A stretch of 5,620 nucleotides of DNA, taken from the NCBI GenBank assembly GCA_964426185.1, contig CAYRPF010000093.1:1-5620 (forward strand), given 5' to 3'. Source of the stretch: an uncultured archaeon (GTDB lineage: Archaea > Asgardarchaeota > Lokiarchaeia > Sigyniarchaeales > Promethearchaeaceae). The translations under genes and the position numbers were made by a program. The notes beneath the pieces are model-generated. The model worked only from the letters and a program-made list of their open reading frames with translations. It was not told where the DNA came from and searched no databases. Positions 1-5,050 of this stretch are shown one piece after another (the stretch's first letter is position 1; each line of letters opens with the position of its first letter).

Positions 1-68
1 ATTATATTCGTTAAAAATACAATATGAGAAGGAAAATAAAAAAATATCACGAAAATAATTAATGATAC

Positions 69-181
69 CATGTCAGAACTGTAGGTCTGTAGGTCAAGAT
101 TACTGAGTTGCAGATAGCATGACTTTACTATCGTGATGTAAAACACCTAAAACCGTAAAAACTTTTGTCAGTTTTGACATG
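69..181. repeat. 13-bp imperfect inverted repeat enclosing 87 bp
   Basis: CATGTCAGAACTG (69-81) versus CAGTTTTGACATG (169-181; reverse complement CATGTCAAAACTG): 12/13 match. The mismatch is a G-U pair in a + strand transcript. Confidence 0.7.
79..94 (+). repeat. Perfect 8-bp tandem duplication (CTGTAGGT)2
   Basis: CTGTAGGT at 79-86 and 87-94. Confidence 0.7.
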
Positions 182-185
182 ACTG

Positions 186-241
186 AAAAAAAAACACGTG
201 AAAGCGTTCTATACGTTAACTAAAGAAAAGAAAGGTAGAAA
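186..241 (-). terminator. Putative archaeal oligo-T terminator region of the acidic-protein gene
   Basis: On the minus strand the stop is followed by TTTCTACCTTTCTTTTCTTT and then a T9 run (186-194). Confidence 0.45.
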
Positions 242-1117
242 TTATTTTTTTTTCGACTTATAGAGCTTATAGGCTTTAAGAATTTCTGGTGGAACTCTCT
301 TGCATTTCGGAAGATGCCTTAACACTGATACCTTGGTTTTTTGGCAGAAGGGGCATATCTGTTTTGCGGTATCTCCAGAGCCGACTTTTTTGATTTTTGC
401 AATTACTTCCTTTTCAAAATCAATGGAACTCGCATCAGTTTCACTATCAAGAGAATTATCATCCAATTCATCGTCTAGATCTTCATCAACATCTTCGATT
501 CCAACGATGTCATCATCTAATTCTTCCAATTCTTCTTCAAGTTCTTCGTCTTCTTCTTCGATTTCATCTTCCTCGAATATCTTTCCATGCTTCTTTCCTA
601 AACCTTCTTCTCGCTCATCTACATAATCCAATTCTTCTTCTGGTACTTTTTCTTCTGCAACCCCAATTACTAAAGCGACATCTTCTTCATCTTCAAACTC
701 TTCTTCTTCATCTTCTTCTTCATCTTCTTCATCTTCTTCGACAATTTTGCGAGCGACCCGTTTTTTCCGTTTCTTTGGAATCTCGATTTCTTCTTCTTCC
801 TCGTCTAAATCGAGATCATCTTCTAATTCTAAAGTTTCATCTCCAAAATCATCGTCAGAGATATCTATATCATCTAGATCGTAATGAAAATCTGGTGCTT
901 CATCCGCAACATATAATTCATCATGGGTTTTTCCATCTCTGCGCTCTCGATATTGTTCACAGACTTGGCAGACTATATTATAAGGGCTCATTACGAACTT
1001 TCGAACATTGCACCGACATAGGGGCACCCCAGTATTGGAGACTTCATTTAATGAAACCAGATGTTCGCAGGCAATAATTCGTACATTTTTTTTGGATTTG
1101 GAGGATTTTTTCGGCAT
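242..1117 (-). CDS. Highly acidic, probably largely disordered protein with an N-terminal Cys/His cluster and a C-terminal C2HC-type zinc finger; function unknown
   Basis: Long open frame. ATG at 1117 (MPKKSSKSKK) is preferred; the alternative GTG is at 1126. N-terminal CEH...CRC...CQVC (959-1069), long D/E tracts, basic PKKRKKRV (755-778), C-terminal CPFC-x9-H-x3-C (302-355) and a Lys-rich end. A TATA-like element lies upstream and T-rich tracts lie downstream. Confidence 0.85.
   Translation of the reverse strand: MPKKSSKSKKNVRIIACEHLVSLNEVSNTGVPLCRCNVRKFVMSPYNIVCQVCEQYRERRDGKTHDELYVADEAPDFHYDLDDIDISDDDFGDETLELEDDLDLDEEEEEIEIPKKRKKRVARKIVEEDEEDEEEDEEEEFEDEEDVALVIGVAEEKVPEEELDYVDEREEGLGKKHGKIFEEDEIEEEDEELEEELEELDDDIVGIEDVDEDLDDELDDNSLDSETDASSIDFEKEVIAKIKKVGSGDTAKQICPFCQKTKVSVLRHLPKCKRVPPEILKAYKLYKSKKK
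680..739 (-). repeat. Imperfect (GAA/GAT)n trinucleotide low-complexity tract encoding poly-Glu/Asp
   Basis: The + strand reads repeated TCTTCTTCA/TCTTCA and encodes EEDEEDEEEDEEEEFEDEED. Similar tracts occur near 520-575 and 788-805. Confidence 0.75.
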
Positions 1118-1126
1118 ATTAAGCAC

Positions 1127-1247
1127 AACTTATCATGGAAATTCAGAATATAAAAATAAGACAAAATCAGATTTTTTCTGCAATATCAAGAAATCTAAAA
1201 CTGCATTTAAAAAAAAATTTTTGGTTCCCCCGCATTTAAGCTAAATT
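1127..1247. promoter_or_regulatory. Divergent promoter region between the acidic-protein gene and the radical SAM gene
   Basis: Minus-strand TTTATATT at 1154-1147, about 30 nt upstream of ATG 1117. Plus-strand TTTAAAAA at 1206-1213 upstream of ATG 1248. No clear Shine-Dalgarno for either gene. Confidence 0.45.
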
Positions 1248-2162
1248 ATGGAAAGATCAGAGTTATATTATGAAGAACCAATTTATCGACCACCTTCAGA
1301 AGGAAAAAAATCCCTATTACTTACCGCCACAGTTGGCTGTTCATTTAATTGCACTTTTTGTATACCTTATCGGCATAAGAAATTTCGTATACGGCCAATT
1401 CAAGAAATAAAAGCAGATATTCGCAAGGCGCGGCGCATTTATGGTGATCATGTCGAGCGGATTTTCCTATTAGACGGGAATGCTTTCGTTATAAAACCCG
1501 CTACTTTGATTGAAATTACCAAAACTTGCTATGAAAATCATCCACGTTTACAACGGATAAGTGCTTATGCTCATGCGAAGGATATTCTGCGAAAATCGGA
1601 TTCAGAATTAAAAAAAATTCGGGAGGCAGGCTTAAACTTAGTTTATATGGGGATAGAGACAGGAGATGATGAATTATTGGAGAAAATTAATAAACATACA
1701 ACCGCAGCAGAACTAACCAAAGCAGCCCAAAAACTGCATAAAGCGGGAATCACACTTTCCGGTACGATAATTTTGGGGTTAGCAGGAGCAGATCCTGAAT
1801 TAAGTCACCGTCATGCCGTAAAAACAGCGAATTTGATCAATGCTATGAATCCACCCTCAAATCAAGATTGGTATATCTCTGCATTAACTCTAATGATTCC
1901 TAAAGGAACACCTATTGCGGTAATGTATGATAGGGAAGAATTTATCCCGCTTTCGCAAAAAGGAATTTTAAATGAACTTCGGACAATAATTGCTCATACT
2001 TCAAATGATCTTCAAGATTGCATTTTTCGTAGCAACCATGCATCGAATTATTTGGTGTTGAAAGGGGTTCTCAGCCAAGATAAAGGAAATTTTCTTCAAA
2101 AAATAGAAATTGCACTGCGCGATCCATCTATTCTTAGACCAGATTTCTTTAGAGGGCTTTAA
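1248..2162 (+). CDS. Radical SAM protein (RPPSE...NHASNY family, COG1032-like); substrate unknown
   Basis: CxxxCxxC [4Fe-4S] motif CSFNCTFC at 1338-1361, preceded by IYRPPSE. Also FLLDGNAF, VYMGIETGDDELLEKINK, IILGLAG and C-terminal FRSNHASNYLVLKG, all typical of this widespread uncharacterised family. There is no room for an N-terminal B12-binding domain. Confidence 0.93.
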   Translation: MERSELYYEEPIYRPPSEGKKSLLLTATVGCSFNCTFCIPYRHKKFRIRPIQEIKADIRKARRIYGDHVERIFLLDGNAFVIKPATLIEITKTCYENHPRLQRISAYAHAKDILRKSDSELKKIREAGLNLVYMGIETGDDELLEKINKHTTAAELTKAAQKLHKAGITLSGTIILGLAGADPELSHRHAVKTANLINAMNPPSNQDWYISALTLMIPKGTPIAVMYDREEFIPLSQKGILNELRTIIAHTSNDLQDCIFRSNHASNYLVLKGVLSQDKGNFLQKIEIALRDPSILRPDFFRGL

Positions 2163-2217
2163 TTCATAAATTTTCGTAGAAATCATGGTTTTACCTTCTT
2201 CTTTAATTATTCATTTA

Positions 2218-2232
2218 CCCAAAATATTAAGG
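2218..2232 (+). promoter_or_regulatory. Possible BRE/TATA-like promoter for the polyprenyl synthetase-like gene
   Basis: CCCAAAATATTAAGG in a 120-bp intergenic gap, downstream of a pyrimidine-rich stretch (TTTTACCTTCTTCTTT). Weak evidence in AT-rich DNA. Confidence 0.3.
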
Positions 2233-2285
2233 TTGCATGAACGTATCTTCTATCAACTCATAAATTAAGCGTGAAGGGAAAAGGG

Positions 2286-3371
2286 ATGAGCACTAAATTT
2301 AAAACAATTTTAGACAAAGAGCGAAAAAAAATCAATAAAAAAATAGAGGAGATTTACCGGGATTTAATCGAACAAGAAGAAGAACCATACCTACGCAAAT
2401 TCCACACTTATTCATACAATTTTTTTAAAAGTCCCGGTCGGCGCATTTTACCGATATGTTTAGTTAATACATTTTTAGGATTATCAAATGATCGTGATAT
2501 TTCAGAATTAATAGAAGATGTTTACAAGATCAGTGTTTCTGTAGAATTATTGCATATTTCCAGCCTTATTATTGATGATTTAGTAGATAATGAAGATCTC
2601 AGACGAGGTCAACCCACATTCCACAAATCAATTTTGGGATTAGAAAATTTATCTGGTAAAAGCAACAGCGATTTCGCAACCGCAGCGGCCATTTACGGGG
2701 GAAACCTCTTATCCTTGATGGGAACGAGAATTATCTTAGACTCTTGTTTTGATACGGCGCGAAAAGAAAAAGTACTTCAGATTTTTCTCACAGGTCTTGA
2801 AGGAATCACACGGGGACATCTGTTGGATGAACATTATAAGTTGAAAGCACTCAAACACATTACTTTGGAAGATTATCTCATTTTGAGTTCTTTGAAGAGG
2901 GGAAAACCCATGGAAACCGCAATTGGAATTGGAGCGATCTTGGGACATGCCAGAAAATCCCAATTAGAACCTCTAATGCAGGCCATGGAAAAAGTTGGAA
3001 TCATTGATCAGTTGATGAACGATGTAAAGGGCAGTTTTGGTGACCCTACTGAAAAATCAATTGATGCCGATATAATAAATGGTCAGTGCACCATTCTTAC
3101 CATTATTGCATATCAATCCGCTTCTCTTGAACAAAAAGCCGTATTAGACTCCACTTTAGGGAATCCTAATGCTACTGGGGATCAAATTGAAGCAGTCAGG
3201 GAAATTTTTCGAAATACTGGTGCCTTGGATTTTGCCAAGATGTATGCGAATAGCTTGAAAAATGACATATTCAATTTACTGGAGAAAGTATATCCTGGTC
3301 TAAAAGCAGAAGTGAGAAGCTTTTTCAATGATCTACTACAATTTCTCACCGATATTCCCGTTTTGAATTAA
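2286..3371 (+). CDS. Polyprenyl synthetase (trans-isoprenyl diphosphate synthase) family protein with degenerate catalytic motifs
   Basis: ELLHISSLIIDDLVDNEDLRRGQPTFH (FARM plus RRG, 2574-2609), AIYGGNLL, and helix-by-helix correspondence to archaeal GGPP-synthase-like proteins. The SARM position reads NDVKG instead of DDxxD. Start is ATG 2286 (purine-rich upstream) or GTG 2271. Confidence 0.9.
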   Translation: MSTKFKTILDKERKKINKKIEEIYRDLIEQEEEPYLRKFHTYSYNFFKSPGRRILPICLVNTFLGLSNDRDISELIEDVYKISVSVELLHISSLIIDDLVDNEDLRRGQPTFHKSILGLENLSGKSNSDFATAAAIYGGNLLSLMGTRIILDSCFDTARKEKVLQIFLTGLEGITRGHLLDEHYKLKALKHITLEDYLILSSLKRGKPMETAIGIGAILGHARKSQLEPLMQAMEKVGIIDQLMNDVKGSFGDPTEKSIDADIINGQCTILTIIAYQSASLEQKAVLDSTLGNPNATGDQIEAVREIFRNTGALDFAKMYANSLKNDIFNLLEKVYPGLKAEVRSFFNDLLQFLTDIPVLN

Positions 3372-3392
3372 TTTTTTCTGAATACCTTTTTT
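3372..3392 (+). terminator. Putative oligo-T terminator after the polyprenyl synthetase-like gene
   Basis: T6 directly after the stop (3372-3377) and a second T6 at 3387-3392. Confidence 0.45.
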
Positions 3393-3399
3393 CATCATT

Positions 3400-3437
3400 A
3401 ACAATTTATTATTAACCGTATTATCCTAAATGGGGAG
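3400..3437 (+). promoter_or_regulatory. Possible promoter and RBS for the hypothetical-TrmB operon
   Basis: AACAA-TTTATTATTAA (TATA-like from 3405) about 40 nt before GTG 3447, and GGGGAG at 3432-3437. Confidence 0.4.
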
Positions 3438-3446
3438 AATAAATTA

Positions 3447-4166
3447 GTGTCGAGTGCCAACAATTTCATCGAATTCAGAGATCCACTCATAAAACGCAAT
3501 TATCATTTAATTCGTCATTATTTTCTTTTTTTAATCGATATTGGATTAGATTATTTAAAGCGAGAATATATTAACTATAATTCCGAATCTTCTTTTCAAG
3601 AATTTACAGCCAATAATTATTATGACTATATTTTAAAAGATTATTTACGTCGGAAATTAAAAGGACAATTAAAAATTATTCTAAATGCCTCTGTTGAAGC
3701 AGTTGAACAATTTCCAAAAGGAAAAATCGGCGGAGAACCTCTAGATCGTATCGTTAAAAAAAATTATCCAGAATATGCAGAAAACGATATGTCTCTTCTA
3801 CATAGTTCACCCAGCCATATAAATAGAAAAGAGTTGGAAACAATCAGCAGATTAACTTTTCGGGTGGCAATTATTCAAATCACAAGGATAATGCGAAGCA
3901 ATTCGGAAAATGTTAAAACCTACGCAGAATTAATCCGCAGCGTTTATCCAGAAAAAATACAATGTCAAACTTCGCTCCAAGCCATCTTGACAATGATAGA
4001 TAAAATGATCGATTGTTTTGAACGCTCTTTAGACTTAATTGCCATACCCTTTTACAAACCTACTTGGAATTTAAGGGATTTTGCATACATCCGACGAATG
4101 TACGAATTTGCCATTACTGAAGCAAACCATCAAATAGATTTAATCTATCAAGGAGAATTACCATGA
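3447..4166 (+). CDS. Hypothetical, probably all-alpha soluble protein (239 aa)
   Basis: Long ORF filling the gap between neighbours. GTG start preceded by GGGGAG (3432-3437); stop overlaps the next start (ATGA). Amphipathic helical pattern and no recognised motif. Confidence 0.8.
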   Translation: MSSANNFIEFRDPLIKRNYHLIRHYFLFLIDIGLDYLKREYINYNSESSFQEFTANNYYDYILKDYLRRKLKGQLKIILNASVEAVEQFPKGKIGGEPLDRIVKKNYPEYAENDMSLLHSSPSHINRKELETISRLTFRVAIIQITRIMRSNSENVKTYAELIRSVYPEKIQCQTSLQAILTMIDKMIDCFERSLDLIAIPFYKPTWNLRDFAYIRRMYEFAITEANHQIDLIYQGELP

Positions 4167-5050
4167 AAAAATATAAAATGCCAAAAGTTAAGCCAGAAAT
4201 TCGTAATGCCATGAAATCGATCGGCTTTACAGATTACTTTATCAATCTTTTTGTCACTTTACTAAATTGCGGAGAAATGAATGCACACGAATTAAGCGAT
4301 ATTACACAAGTCCCCTATTCGCGCATCTACGAAATCTTAAATGAAATGGTTGCAAAAAAAATAATTACTAAAATTGAAGGACGACCCAGCACTTTTATTG
4401 CCAACGATCCCAGAGATGTCTTTACATACATAAAACACCAGCAAGAACAAAGTTTCAATGAAAATATCAATTCATCTCTCCCCTTCCTGAAGCAGCTTTT
4501 TGGTGAAAAACGCCCGACCAAACAAGTCCAATTTACTTTATTAGAAGGGGACAAAGCTAGTAGGGATCATCTCAGAAATTTGATTAATGCGACCTCACAT
4601 AAATTACAAGCAGCCATCAAAGATGTAGCCGAAGTTTACCCCATTATTCGTCATAATTTGGATTTTCTTAGAACCAAAGGAGTAGAAACGTTTATTGTAA
4701 TAGAATCACAATTTGCAAATGAAGAATTCATCCCTATCTTGGAAAATCACTGCAAAATTATGTATATCCCTCATATCTTTCAAACATTGTTTATTTCAGA
4801 TGATTCTGTGGCATTTCAAACCGCCAAAGGACGTTTCAACATAGCTAATCCAAAAAAGGAAGGTTATTCTATTTTTAGTAGCACTGACATGAAATATATC
4901 ATATATATTCAGCAGATTTTTCAAAATATTTGGGAACTTGGTATCCCAAGAAGCAAATTGAAGATTTCTTCTAAAAATCAGAAACATCCTCGAAAAGTTC
5001 CTCAAAAAGAATCTTTAATTCGTAAAAGTAAGGAAACAACATCAAAGTAG
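4163..5050 (+). CDS. TrmB-family transcriptional regulator
   Basis: N-terminal winged HTH GFTDYFINLFVTLLNCGEMNAHELSDITQVPYSRIYEILNEMVAKKIITKIEGRPSTFIANDP, a linker helix, and a C-terminal effector-like domain ending FQNIWELGIP. AGGAG at 4151-4155 lies upstream of the ATG. Confidence 0.92.
   Translation: MKKYKMPKVKPEIRNAMKSIGFTDYFINLFVTLLNCGEMNAHELSDITQVPYSRIYEILNEMVAKKIITKIEGRPSTFIANDPRDVFTYIKHQQEQSFNENINSSLPFLKQLFGEKRPTKQVQFTLLEGDKASRDHLRNLINATSHKLQAAIKDVAEVYPIIRHNLDFLRTKGVETFIVIESQFANEEFIPILENHCKIMYIPHIFQTLFISDDSVAFQTAKGRFNIANPKKEGYSIFSSTDMKYIIYIQQIFQNIWELGIPRSKLKISSKNQKHPRKVPQKESLIRKSKETTSK

Noticed and set aside
24-106. Tiny + strand ORFs MRRKIKKYHENN (24-62) and MIPCQNCRSVGQDY-TGA (62-106, CxxC; possible Sec read-through)
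   Set aside because: Too short; read-through meets a second TGA, gives no selenoprotein-like sequence, and I see no convincing SECIS.
133-186. C/D-box sRNA-like pattern (GTGATGT...CTGA, 54 nt)
   Set aside because: The C box is imperfect, there are no credible C'/D' boxes, and I cannot identify an rRNA/tRNA target for the guides.
300-626. 108-aa Ser-rich + strand ORF
   Set aside because: Antisense shadow of the GAA/GAT codons of the acidic gene; poly-Ser is the expected artefact.
520-810. CRISPR or other non-coding repeat array
   Set aside because: Repeats are in-frame trinucleotide runs coding for Glu/Asp, with no repeat-spacer structure.
397-1077. 226-aa Leu/His-rich + strand ORF
   Set aside because: Antisense shadow frame (CTT/CAT repeats) of the same low-complexity gene; no motif.
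1008-1244. 78-aa + strand ORF
   Set aside because: Overlaps the acidic gene antisense and the divergent promoter region; no protein-like features.
2001-2186. 61-aa minus-strand ORF
   Set aside because: Short and mostly antisense to the conserved radical SAM C-terminus.
2736-2963. 75-aa minus-strand ORF
   Set aside because: Entirely antisense within the prenyltransferase-like gene.
4327-5005. Two short minus-strand ORFs (4327-4554, 4796-5005)
   Set aside because: Antisense within the TrmB gene; no motifs.
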